NCBI GenBank assembly: GCA_043228905.1
Contig: JBHGNT010000008.1
Location: forward strand, 2,666,001-2,730,000
Direction of reading: 5' to 3'
From: Azolla caroliniana
Lineage: Eukaryota > Plantae > Polypodiophyta
DNA: 64,000 bases
Below are positions 24,100 through 37,319 of this stretch, one piece after another; position 1 is the first letter of the stretch; the number at the start of each line of letters is the position of its first letter. A program made the position numbers and the translations under genes. Under the pieces are notes generated by a model. It had not been told where the DNA came from and did not search any database. It saw only the letters and a list, made by a program, of their open reading frames with translations.

Positions 24100-24180
24100 T
24101 GTTAAGAATTAGGTAAGTAATTAAGAGTTAATTAGTACCTAATTATGTGATAAAGTTGATAAGCAAAAGATTATGTGATA

Positions 24181-24223
<43 letters not shown>

Positions 24224-24540
24224 CTTATGAATAACGCAAGATGGGGGATGAGTAAACTAGAGTGTATATTATAAAACATCATCAAATACAAAAATACCTA
24301 CAATGAGGTATATATAGATCTCATGTGCAAGGGTGCACATGTGTGAGGATAATATAGGTACAAAAGTGTAAGTCCTATATTAAATGTACTTGGGAGTCGA
24401 GGATCTAGAATATCCCACGTAAGTACAAGGTCCTATTTAAGGTGTTATAGTCAACACTTCTAACTAGATTCTATCTAGGTAACTACGAATTTACATGGTT
24501 GACTAACTAACTAAACTAAGTTGAGCTTGATCCCTCAACA
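24100..24540 (-). mobile_element. Solo LTR (441 bp), copia-like
   Basis: TGTTAAG...CTCAACA with perfect TSD GCTTA. The terminal GTTGAGCTTG...CTCAACA is shared with the copia LTRs. Confidence 0.88.
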
Positions 24541-24798
24541 GCTTATATATATTTTGCTCACATTTTTGTCTTAATCTAGTGTACATTTCCTTAATCGCAT
24601 ATCATGATCTTACCCTTGTGTGTTAATCATCATTCAAGTCGTTGTTTCCTTCGAGTCTGAAGAGACTTTGAGTCTAGCTCCCTTCAACTTTGGGGACCTT
24701 TTGACTTTGGGCTATCTTCGACTCCAATATCCAACATCCAACACATTGACACCACCATCATATACATGGCTATATGTGCCATGTAAACGATGCCTTCA

Positions 24799-25134
24799 TG
24801 ATTAAACAAGTTTTGTCGTCCAACATTGGTGTGCATGAGGAGCATCGATCTTTTGTTATTTGAATGACTTGAACATTTCCATGGTTCATCGACCACCAAC
24901 ACTAGAACTCCTCGTCCACCCACACTTGGAACTATTCACGTCTCTCTGTACATGAATAAGCATATTCTTATGATTAACCAAGCTTTGTCGTCCAACATTG
25001 GTGTGCATGAGTAGCAACGATCTTTTGTAACTTATTCGAATGACCAACATTTCCATGGGTCATTGACCACCAACACTCGAAGTCCTCGCCCATCCACACC
25101 AACTATTCGCATCTCTCTGTACATGAATAAGCAT
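24799..25134. repeat. ~172-bp tandem duplication
   Basis: TTTGTCGTCCAACATTGGTGTGCATGAG...TCTCTCTGTACATGAATAAGCAT occurs twice. Confidence 0.85.
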
Positions 25135-26565
25135 CCGACGGAAAGTGAAGAAGGTATAACTTTCCTGCACTACCGAAGAGGCAAATGATCGCGACACGTA
25201 ACGTGATTGTTGAGGCGGTCGAAGTCCAGGCCATGTAAGGTTCTCAGGATCGGTCGGTACAGTCGGCGTCCCGCTCGGCACATAGGCCTTCGGGGTTATG
25301 GATGCATGGAAGGAGTCGATGGGCAATAGATAGAGTGAGCCGAGCCCATGGGACAAATGTTGTCCAGGCGGCCCGGGCTTGGGAGTGTCTGCCCGGACAA
25401 TTGCAGTCCTGACCATCGACCACCCATATGTCCGCCCACGCCCACGCCCACCCCCACCCCCCACGAACCAATCTCTCTTGGAGGCCTATATGGTTGCTTG
25501 GCAGCCACCATAGATCCCACATATGTATGTATGTATGTATGTTCTGATGAAGCATCCATCCATAGCCATGGGAGCCATGGTCTCACCTCTCCAACGCGCC
25601 GTCCATCCATGATTCCATCCATCCATCCATCCACTCACAGGTATCTATCCATCCATCTCTCTCTGATCTTTAATCTGATTTTCCCTCCCTCAAATCTATC
25701 CACCATTTTGGTGCATAGGGCGTGCTAATCTTTTCGTCGGATTCACGTTCATGTAAACACTTCATATCTCTCCACATAAATCACTGTTACTTCTTACTTG
25801 GATCTTTCCAAAATCACACGCATCTAGTAATCCTTACATATATGTATCTTGTGTCAACGTCTCTTTTGATATTTGCACACACATGCATGTCGTAATCCTC
25901 ACTTATACCACGTGTTAATCCGTCATTTGATCTTGCCACTCACATTTATATCTCATAATCCTCACATATATGATGTGTTAATCTCCCTTCAATCATTGTA
26001 TCTTTTCGCCTTTTTTTGGTTTGATCTGACAGGTTTCATCACATATCTCTTAATCCTCACATATATGATATGTTTATCCAATCTTTGATCTTTTTATTTC
26101 TCCATCTTTTTTTCCTGTTTGATCTAGGTAAGTTCCATGGCATACCTCTTAAACTTCACATATACAAGTTGCGTTAATCCTTCCTTTACTCTGTGTATTT
26201 GTTTTCCATGTTTTCTTGATTTGATCTGTGCAGCTTTCACTACATATTCTTTTTATTCATGTCTTGAGAACATGAGTTAAAGAAGATTGTCGTTGTTAAT
26301 CCTTTCCTTAACCCTTGTATCTTTCTTTCCGCCTTCTTTTCTTAGGTAATCTATTCAGATTTCCTCGCAGATTCCTTCCGTGCACGTTATAAGAGACGTA
26401 TAAGAAATAGTTTGTCTTTATTCTTCTCATATTGTCTTGGAAACTAAGAGAAGAAGACGAAGAATATTGCCTTGTTATTGTCAATCATTTCTTTAGTATT
26501 CATCTATATTTTTTAATCCGTGCAGGTTCCATTGCATATTCTCTTTGCTCATATCTTGAAAAAGC

Positions 26566-29500
26566 ATGAGTAACAGTACTAGAAGAAGCTCATCTTTCAA
26601 AGTTCTGCCTAGAAACAGTCCTGGCGATGGCGAGCTTCTTCATCACTACGAAGACAATGGAACCATGGCTGCAACAACGAGAGGAGATGGTCCTCACAGG
26701 AGAAGGAACAGGCAAAAGAGCAAGAAACTCGGTCTTTCTCAAACATCTATTCCTCTAAAGTTAGGCTTAGATCTCAGTTTAAGCCCAGATTTACTTGGAG
26801 ATGGATGGTATGATGGAAATTTGCACACATCTTTGCGTCAAGGTAGATGTTATGATGGAAGTATGTCTGTCGTTTCTACTCCTGAACAAGGACTAGAGAG
26901 CTCTGAAGGATTTCTTCCTGTCAAGGCTAAAGAGGAAGTTAAGCCAAAACAGAACCTCCTTGTGAAGGCGGAAGATGAAGTTATGCCAAAACAGGAGCTT
27001 CTGGTGAAAGCGAAAGAGGAGCTTGTTAAGGTCACTGGTGATCATGTAAAGGCCAAATATGAACTTGTTGAGTTGAAAGATGAAGTTGTTAAAGCTAGAG
27101 ATGATTTTTTAAAGCCAAAGAACTTCATTAAGCCAGAAGATGATTTTCTAAAGATGAAAAATGATCTTTTAAAGCTTTTTGGCCATGAGTCTGAATCTGG
27201 TTCTACCAATATACAGCTTAAAAGTAATGATCCTATTGATCTGTCTTCTTGCTTGACGGTAGACTCAAACAGTATATGCACACCAAACTCCACAATTAAT
27301 GGAATATTGGTATGTATGATAACTTCAGATGCTTATGCTGATGGAGATACATTTTAAGAGTAATTCATACTGACCTGTATGCATGGTGCAGTTCAGTATC
27401 CTTTACTGAAGGATATGCATATTAAGAGTAATCCTCACCTAAATTTATTTTAATCGCATGCTAAGAGCATTGGTAATGCATGGTGCAGTTCTTCATCCAT
27501 TACTGAGGGAAATACATGTTAAGAGTAATTCTCACTGAAATTCTCATGCTAAGAATATTAGTGTCTATAATGAAATTCAGTTTCCTTAAGGGAAATGCAT
27601 GTTAAGCATAATGCTAACCGATCTTGTTTTAAATACATTTTCAAAAGTGTACTTATAACGTCGCAAATCTTGAACCTTTATTTAATTGCATCTTAAGAAT
27701 AACCCTGAATATTTGCAATCTGGAAACTTAATCTAATTGCATTGGTTCAGGATTTGAAAAATAAAGACAGTGCTATCATAAAGAATCAAGATTTGAGTGT
27801 GGAAGCATCGTTTGTTGATGCTGTTGCTCGACAGTCTTCATTTGGTGATAGCGATGGATATAACTTCGATATTACTTATAAAGCTCATGTATCACCAGGT
27901 ATTCTTCTATTTTGAGGTTGCTCAATGTATTTCATTTATTTTGAAGTTTTTTGTAGTATCAATTTATCCCTTCCAGCAACCAACAAACAGTTTTGTCATG
28001 AAGTCTGTTTGCATGACACTACTGCATTCATGAAATAGTACCATTTATTCTACAACATTGTTGATTACATGAAAAAGCAAGAAATTATTAGCTGCATATA
28101 CACAATGAATTATCCAAGATCATCTGCATCCGATATACATGATGAAGAGTTGCATTGATCATCATTGGAACATGAGTGGCAATTTCTGAAGTTGGATGAG
28201 CAGGTCTATTTTGAACTATATTGCTTTTTATTTCAACAGCTATGCTTACTTTACAGCATCAAATCCACTCTCGGTCTAGTTTTAAGTGAAAGGTTCTGAA
28301 ATACCCCTTGATTTTTTATTATTTTCCAAACTTTGGTTAACCTCTGAAAGAGAGAAAAAAGGGATGAATTAACTGTGCAATTGCTTAAACAGCACATGTA
28401 ATTGAGAAAGGAAGGATACTTTGACATACTTGCTCAAATAGCACATATAATTTCTTTTTGCAGTTGACCAAGGGCATTCAGGAAAATAAAGGAACTGGGT
28501 ATTTCAGAGTTTTTCTATATTTGTAGTGGCATAATTATGCATAACAGATTGTTTCAGACCTCTTTGTTAGGTACTGCTAATACACTGCCAATCTCATTAA
28601 CCAACCATATACTAATCATAGTGTTAGGACCAAGAGAATAGTAGCAAAATGCTAAGTTGGGCCAATCTTTGTAATCTTTATTTGGAATACAAATGTAAAA
28701 CCATTAGAGAATACAACATGGAACCAACAAGTAGAGAATACAATGTAAGACTGAGAAGAATAGTGGCAAATGCTAAACCTGTAGATCTACATGGTAGTTG
28801 CCTTCACTACGTGGAAGTTTCATGATGCTAGATTGGATCTTTGATACATAGTAAACATTGATTAGCAGATATACGTGGTTATCACTGGGCACTTGAAAGT
28901 ATGTTCAAGTTGAGTGACCTTCTGTAATGTTTTTTGTTTCTCTCTTGGAGGAGGGGGAAATTGGAGGGTGAAAGCTAGCTGTCTGCTATACTGATTTTTA
29001 TAAAAGGACCTTTTTTTTCTATAATTGTAAGTTTTGTTCTCTAAAATTATTTCCAATGTGTCTTATTGTACTTCTTTAACTGCATGAAACATGTTATAAT
29101 TCTTATCTGCATAGTCCATGAATGTCTTATTGTGCTATGATATTTATTGTACTGAGGTTTCAAGTCATTTTAAAAGCAGGTCCTGCACCAGTGATTGTAT
29201 CACCATTTGATTATTTTGTTGGTGAAGTTCTACGGTCATCTTGTACCTCACAAGTACAATCTATTGAGAATGACAAAAAACGGGAACATGTCTACAACAC
29301 AATGTTCCATGTGCCCTGGAGATGTGAGTTGGTGGGTTCTTTTGAGCTACAATCATTCGAATTTGGATAAATGGGGGATTTGGGCACATTGGTTAATCCT
29401 TTCTCTGTGTCCACTTATTGCAGCTAATAATTGTAGGGTTCTTTGTTTGCTTGGATTCATTTTTGACATTGTTGACCATCATGCCTGTGAGGGTCTGCAT

Positions 29501-32500
29501 ATTTCTATGGAGGCTGCTTCGCAGTAGAAGGTAAGATTTCTTTACTGTCACAAGATGACTTCACAGGGCGAAGTTAGAACCTGATATTATACGATAACAG
29601 AAAAATGAAAACATCCAGAAAACCCGAGTTTTTCTTTATTTCCTGAATGCCCTTGTGAATCCCATCTCAAACATTTATATGGGATTTGAGTGATTCTGTG
29701 GTCAGTTCTTCTCCTTTCTCCCTCTTTTATGTATTGGATGTTGGGCACAGGAATTTGGGGAAATAAAACTAGGGATATTTGTCAAAATGAAAAGCTCAGA
29801 ATCCTTTCATGGCTCTTTTCCTGATAATTTTGTAGTCAATTCTATCATTAATGATTGCAGCTATATACTTTCCTACTAAAGTTTCCATAAGAACTCCAAA
29901 CTATCCATAACTTACTTTATAGATTATAATTATTCTATTCTATCACAGGAAGTTTCGGAGACTGCGTGCAGATGAGCTTGGAGATTTGGGATCTCTCCTT
30001 GTATTGGTGGCCGGGGTGACTTTACTGCAGCAAACTGGTAATATTTGGTGAAATCCGGTTCTTTGGGTACTGGATTATCTCCTGTTGATGCTTACATGCA
30101 TCCCAAATTTTCATTTAAGATATCAGCTATATTTATCATATGATAAGGAGTCAGGCAACCATTAAGCTGTACGTTGTATACAATGTATTGGAGGTAAGGT
30201 AAAATTGATAATACTCAAATTCCTTTGTTATAAAGAAGTTCATTCCAAGATGCTAATTTTTTTAATGCAGATACTTGACAAGCTATGCCAGTCTTTTGGC
30301 AGTGATGTGCTCCAAGTACTTCTGAACTCTGCAGAAAATGTGGCAACTTGTTCACATCATGTTCTCCTATCAGAGGCACTTAGGCTTACATTAGACCAGG
30401 GCATAGCTGTCTTCTCCTCTGATATCCTCACCATTAATTTAATGTTACCTTCTGTGCTTTTTTGTTTCAATTATCAAGAGGGATTTCATTCTTTATTTCT
30501 TTAACTGTTATCACTTCTCCATTCATTCATCATCTTGGCCCAATCAATTACAGTGTCAGCAGCTATACGGTCTCACAATAATGCTTTGTTGACACTTTTG
30601 GTATCCAACAATTTTGCTGAGATCAAGAGTAACGTTTTCAAAAGACTAACCAAAGACAATCTTCACAAGCTCGCATACTTGGGTATGCTATATACAGCCT
30701 AGATAAGGAAGGGAAAATCTCTGAAATGCCTCCAAGTTTCTCTTTATTTCCCTAAATATCCGTGGCCAACCCCGTCAAGGAAGAAAAAGTTGATGGGTTT
30801 GACCATAGAATTGCTCAAATAGCTCATACGCTTGTGAAAAAGTGCATGAATTGACCTATGGTTGGTCAAATAGTGATATAATCTTGCTCTTTTGGGGGCT
30901 TGATTAAGGGGATTTGTGGAAATAAGGAAAACCTAGAGGCATTCGGATAAATAAGAAAGCAAAGGGTATTTGGAGCTTTTTCCTGTCAGGACTGTAATTT
31001 ATTGTAATGTAACTATTATTTTGATTGCAGACACGGTGGAACGGTTCCATATCGTAGCACATCTTTTTTTTGTCTTAGCACAAAACCTTTTAGCAGCAAA
31101 TGAACCTTGGCTTTTAGCATTTGTTTGGGTGAGTATGAGTGCTTTAGGGGAGAGACTTTTGTGAAGTTTTATTTGGACATTTTTTTTCTATTGGAGTACA
31201 AACCGAGTTTCTATCTAATCATGAATAATATTTATATTATGCAGAATGCAGGTATTGTGTTCTCCTGTGAGGTTCTAGTGGATGTAATCAAACATGCTTT
31301 TCTTGCCAAATTTAACGAAATAAAGCCATCAGCTTATTCTGAATTTCTTCTGTCCCTCTGTGAAGAGGTATTTTTCTTATTCTGATATGCTTTTATCATA
31401 GTGCAGCATGCTAGGTTTATATAATATTCTGAACCTGGTAATGGTATTATTTTCTGCCTTAAAAGAGTGCAACTCAGTTTTTCTTCAGATTGCAAGTTTA
31501 ACAAATTGGTCTGTGAAATTCTGTTTATACTGTTACTCCACATATAATCCAACTACAATTGAATAAGGTAGGGGTCAAACATCAATTGAAGATTATTGTA
31601 AAGGGAACTATGAAATATATGCATCTAATTACCGAGGAAAGTATTCGGAGTCCTTATTTTAGACCATTTCTAGAGTCTTGCATAGCAGTCTGAGACCTTT
31701 TTATCAATCACATTAATTACCCTCTCTTCTCACACATGAAACATACACCTAACCTAGACCATACTCTCTTATGTGAATGAAGATGGTGAGCATTTTCTAA
31801 TCTTCTAATTCATTCTTTTCTGGATTCTGAGAATTTTAGCCTGTATATTATATTTTTTTGCAGTATATCTCATATTACTAGTGGCAAACCTCTGTGAGAT
31901 GAAAATAAATGAAATCTCATTGCTGAACTAGTGTTCAAACGAAAATAAAATGAACTAAGACTAAGCTAAATGTGTTCATTATGAGAACTTGCATGAATTA
32001 TTTCGTTGAATGCTCCAAATGAGGCAGTACTGATTCCATGTTGTCAAATGTAGGAATGAAATGTTTAATCCCTGTTGTGAAATGTAGTGACCATTTCATA
32101 GTGAGGTATGACACAGATAAAAGGAGTATGCTGATGAACTAATGTGATGGTTGAAAACTAATATAATAGCACCCATTTGGGGCCTGTTGACTTTCTTGCT
32201 TGTGAGTTATTCATCTTGTTGGTTGAAACTGTTATTGCCTGTGCAGACATTGTCCACACAATCAAGGGAAGTTCATAAGACAATGTCATTTGTGCCCTTC
32301 GCACCTGCATGTGTGGTAAGTCCTCTTTGTGGACAAGTACATGACTAAAGGAGTCAAGACATTCCATATTCTCTCATGTCTATTATGATAATTTATAGCC
32401 TGAAGAAAGTATCATTGTAAATGTCATGCTGAAGATTCAATCAAGGGGAAATTTATATCCTGATTTTGGAGAATAGAGTACGATGTTGGATATCAGAGAG

Positions 32501-33013
32501 TAACAGATCTACTCCAGAATATATAGGCGTTTTTTAACCTGTATTTCTGCCATAATTTGGGGAATCCAGCTCAAGGAAGTCTGCACCTATTACGCATTTT
32601 TATGATAGTTTCTAAGTTCCAATTTTTAATATGGGTTAAGTAAGATTATTTTTGACAGATTGATTATCAATATTAAACTTCGTGAAATCGTAAAAGCAAT
32701 GCATATCATTACACAGATTCAATAAAGCTATGTATCGTGATAAGCTACACAGTATTTAATGAACCTCAAAAAAAAAATTCAGATTCATCATAAAATGTCT
32801 TTTTGACAGGTTATTCGAGTTCTCATCCCATTGTATGCAGCTTATCTTCCGGGTGTACCATTTTGGCGGTTTTGCTGCATGTTTATCTATGGTATAACTA
32901 CATATTGTTTCCTTGTTGCATTGAAAATCTTGATTTCTCTCGTATTGGTAAAACATGCAAGCTGGTATGTAGCAAGATATAAGAAGAAAAACAAACTTTA
33001 TCACCTTGATTAA
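26566..33013 (+). CDS. POD1: TAPT1/POD1 (POLLEN DEFECTIVE IN GUIDANCE 1)-like ER membrane protein, DUF747 family. Exons 26566-27309, 27751-27898, 29180-29331, 29424-29530, 29949-30037, 30120-30193, 30271-30421, 30515-30682, 31031-31128, 31245-31367, 32247-32315, 32810-33013
   Basis: The spliced frame gives VPWRCELLIIVGFFVCLDSFL, YHMIRSQATIKLYVVYNVLE, HNNALLTLLVSNNFAEIKSNVFK, DVIKHAFLAKFN and FVPFAPACVVIR. The first two exons are less certain. Confidence 0.93.
30422..30514 (+). other. U12-type (minor spliceosome) AT-AC intron
   Basis: 5' ATATCCT, branch site TTCTTTAAC (30497-30505), 3' AC. Removal restores ...FSS-VLHSFIILAQ. Confidence 0.92.
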
Positions 33014-34353
33014 TATAAATAGTACAATTTCTTGTGGAACCTTTCGATTTGAGCATGGAAAAAATTATATGGTTGTGTTGGTTGGAAAATAGACATATCT
33101 TCAAAGAATTTTCTAAAGCTTCTTTGAACCTTCGAGGAAATTAAGATTTTTTTTTATCACATTCATATCATTTGTTTACTATTATGCCAAAGCCTGCAAA
33201 GCGTTTGGGTTGCAAATCCTGTATATTGTTATGAGGCATTACGTTAAAACAACTTGAGACTAACAGAATGCCAAATATCCATAGCCATATTTGAGCTTAT
33301 ATGTCAAAAGACATTATGATGGTTACTGAACTGTGATGGCTACACATAAAATTGTAAATGTATTTGCATGATCATATTTATTTCGCCACAGGTACCATGG
33401 GTGTGATTGTATTTACACTGCTTCAGATTTTGGATTTCAGACATGTAATTGTCACCTATGTATGTATATGAATCTAATCATAAAATAGTCATGCCATACA
33501 TGTTTTGAAAATTTGCCTGACGATACAAACGCACTTGTGATATGCGAGAATTTGAGCTATGCTGAGTTTATTAATTAATTAATAAGCAATTTTATTTGGT
33601 TATATTAGGTTCTATAAATTTAGGCGGGGATAGCCAAAATGGGGTGGCAAATAGCGCTTTCCTATATTTATTAAGTCCACCTTGATAAGTTATGACATAC
33701 AAAAGATCGAGAACCAATTGATAATGCATCAAAATACTAAATGAAAAAAGCATCTGTAGCCCATTTTAAGACATCACAAGAATTGTATATGAACCCATCC
33801 CCCATGGAAATATTGACACACAGCCTCACATCTAAAACAAACCCCAAGATCAATACTCTTTTTAGAAATAATGAGACATTAAAACATCTATAAACTATTA
33901 CCAATAACTCAACACCACAAAAGAACTCAGCATTTAAATTGTACCAAGTAAACATGTGGCTGTGTTATAACACACCAAAACACCAATGACGTTACATTGC
34001 ATTCAGATTACAAGAAGTGTCCTTCAGCAATGCACCCTACTCCTTGGAGAATACATTCTCTCTTCTGCGCAAAACTCATTTTAAAATTTCTTTTAATACC
34101 TCCCATTTACATGGTAGAAAGGCAGCTATAGAAGAGATTAATAGCATTTACATGACAAAATGGGTAACCATGTAAGTCATGAATCTCGATGTTACCATAT
34201 CATAAAGGAATCATCATGACAAAGATTCAGGAGATCCACTAGCATTCCTTGTAATGTTTCTAAGATCAGTGGTCTAGGAATCTCTTGCCATTTTGATCAT
34301 GTTCTGCTTGTGGACCCACCTGAAGTTACCAATCAATAAAATATGCAATAATG

Positions 34354-37270
34354 TCAAGCATCATCACAGCGAAGACTTAATAGGTCTACAAGTATTCCTC
34401 GTAATGTTTCTAAGTTGAGTGGTCCTAAGAGCCTCTTCCCATTGTTTGAAGTTAAATCTTCCGTTCGGTCATCCTCTGCCTTTAGACCTGCCTGAAGCCA
34501 CCAATTGATGCAATATGCTTGAACATCAAGTGCAGCAAAAAGAACAAAGTCCTCCTTGTCCTTGATATCGAAGGAAATGCTCAACATATTCCTTCTTACC
34601 TTCAGACCCATGACCATTGCCTCCTCATATAACCACCTTGCCAGCTGTATTGCAAGCTGAACATCCAATAAACGCATTGGTATGATGTAAAATTTGTCAA
34701 GATTTATACTTGTAACAAGATTCAATGTTCTAAATTATTATGTGAAGACAATGTAGATAAAATGGTGAATGGATGGTATTACTTCTACTAAGTTGGGTAG
34801 ATGTTCTTATCAAGTAAAAAGGGTGGAACAAATAAAATGTTTAAAGATCAAGTAAATAAATGTCGAATATTGTGGTTCTGATGGAGATCAAGATGTTCAC
34901 ATATAAAATAAAACACTCGCTTTCTATATTCATCAAACATACAATCTAGTTTTATATATCTATCACCTATGAGAAAATCTGTATAAATAAAGTGTCCTTC
35001 GAGTAAAGTTAATGACAGACTTTTTATACCCACCATTTATACTTTGATGCAGTTGATACGTGAAACTTTACAGAATTGACACCTCATCACTCTCATGTTG
35101 GTTGTGAATAACTAATTGGTGCTTTATCGTGAAGAAGTATAAAAGATCTCTCATATTCCATGCACAATCTATGTCAGTCCAGTTCTATTGATGTTTCTAT
35201 AATTAATTTTACATGTATCACTAAGACTCATTAAATTTTCACTTGGGTCAATCATTGAGTAATAAGTATAAAAACATACAACATTTCGCTTGGTGAAATC
35301 AATGTAAATTAAACAAGACATTACATTATTTCAATATTTCCTATGGATTATGTATATGCTTTAAGGCTAGAGGGAATAGAAAGTAAAACTTATACCTGAT
35401 ATAGAAGGAAGCCTGGCAGCTCAGCCAAATCACATCTATGTTTGGATCGTTGGAATACACTTGGAAGTGAACCTTCTGGTATGTCCATTGATTCTACACC
35501 TTCTACGAAAATAGAAGTGTCATATACAAGAACTTTGAGTTGGAACTTTGTTCTACCTTTCTTCTGTGCTTCGGCCCACCCAACCATGCTCATCTTCCAT
35601 CCTTGTACTAGTGGTTGAGGTATCTCCAATTTAATCATCCAAATTGTGAGCCTTGCATTCCAAGTAGGATGAAATAAGAGAAATAGGTAAGGAACTCTGC
35701 ATACCTGCATTATGCACACAAACTAGGCAAAATGATGTCTGGAAAGAAACGGAAAAGAAATCAATGACTTTCTTTGAGGATGATTAGCTACTTCATTGTT
35801 TATTATTTTCAGCCATGGGATAACTAGTTTAGACTCATTTGATTGAATGCAATCATGATCAAATGGATCTACACTCAGAAGGGACAAACAAATCCTGCTA
35901 GTTTGGCAGTTTAAAATCACTGTAAGATATCTCCTGTCTGAACATTGCATTCATTAAGACTCTTGAAGTACTGTTTGGACAGTTGAAAGGGCTAGTTATC
36001 CTTCTTGTTTTATATTTTGCTTATGATCTCTATTTCGAGCTTATACACATTTTGCATAAGATGGTATATACTATCATACCTATTTTGTAGTTTGAAAATA
36101 ATGATAAATGAAGCAGTGAGTTCTAATGTGGCTAATGAACTATTACGTAAAAGTCTCAACTCTAAACAGTAAAAGAGCAAGCATTATTATCATTTAGATA
36201 AAAAAGTATTTGTGAAGGATTAGAAAATAAAGGAATTTACCAATTTTTCTAATTCTGAGAGTACTTTAAAGCTGAAGATTCGATGACGCATGGTCAACGC
36301 AAAGTATTTCAGTGGCGTGATACCTTCAACAACCACCAAATCTTGTGAAGCACTGATTAAGGAATCTCTCAATTTTGTCAACATCAAAGCTCCATCTGTA
36401 GTTCTACTCTGGTTTGCTTTGGATGTTGGATATGGTGATGACTCCGGTACTCTAGGGCATACAAAAGCACTTTTATAGAAAGCCTGGTGTAAACATACCA
36501 TTGCACTCATGTCAGCCAAGAAGTTTGTGCATTTCTCCTTTGATTGCTCACCATGTCCTTGTGCTTTGAGATTAGGTTCTTCAGATTTGATCTCCTCATA
36601 ATTCAGCTCATTTTTTATCATTTTGGATTCTTCAGTCGATTTATCATTTTTGTTTATCTTTGAAAGCTTTAAAACAAGGGCACATGAATGTCCCAAGCTG
36701 AGTCGGACACTGTTCTCGTTAACACCAGTGACGACCAACCCAGATGAAGATAACAAACCTTCTCTAACTGTCCATTCAAAAATCTGCATTAAGTGCAGAC
36801 AGGTGTAAACAAATTAGATTCACAGCAAAAAGCTATCAGAGAAATATTATGCATTCCTTCAAGGGAAAATTTGGATAATACCTTAAGAAACACCTTATAT
36901 CGACAATACACCTTATCTATTGTATTAGATATAATATCTCCTAGTATATTGTATTAGAGGAAATACAGATACTACAGAGAATATTGACAATACACCTTAT
37001 ATGTTGCATTAGGTATAATACCTCCTAGTATTTTTCTAATTATGAATACCTACCCCTCGCTAAAAAGTAACAACATTAATCTTCCCATTCTATTAACAAA
37101 ATACATTTAAGCCAAACATACTGATCTATTAATTTCCATGGCATGACCTTTGAAAAAATAAAAAATGCAAAACGTTAGCCTTTGTGAAATGAAAAGATTT
37201 ATCTGTTTCTTGGTGGTAATGCACACATTCTCAACGTTACTTTCTGACCAGTGGTATTATTTAGTTTCCC

Positions 37271-37319
<49 letters not shown>

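Noticed and set aside
25060-25728. GC-rich overlapping ORFs upstream of POD1
   Set aside because: Low complexity with no recognisable domain; more likely promoter or 5' UTR sequence.
27978-28203. Extra POD1 exon suggesting pseudogenisation
   Set aside because: It has two in-frame stops and an incompatible end phase. Exon 27751-27898 joins 29180 in frame without it.
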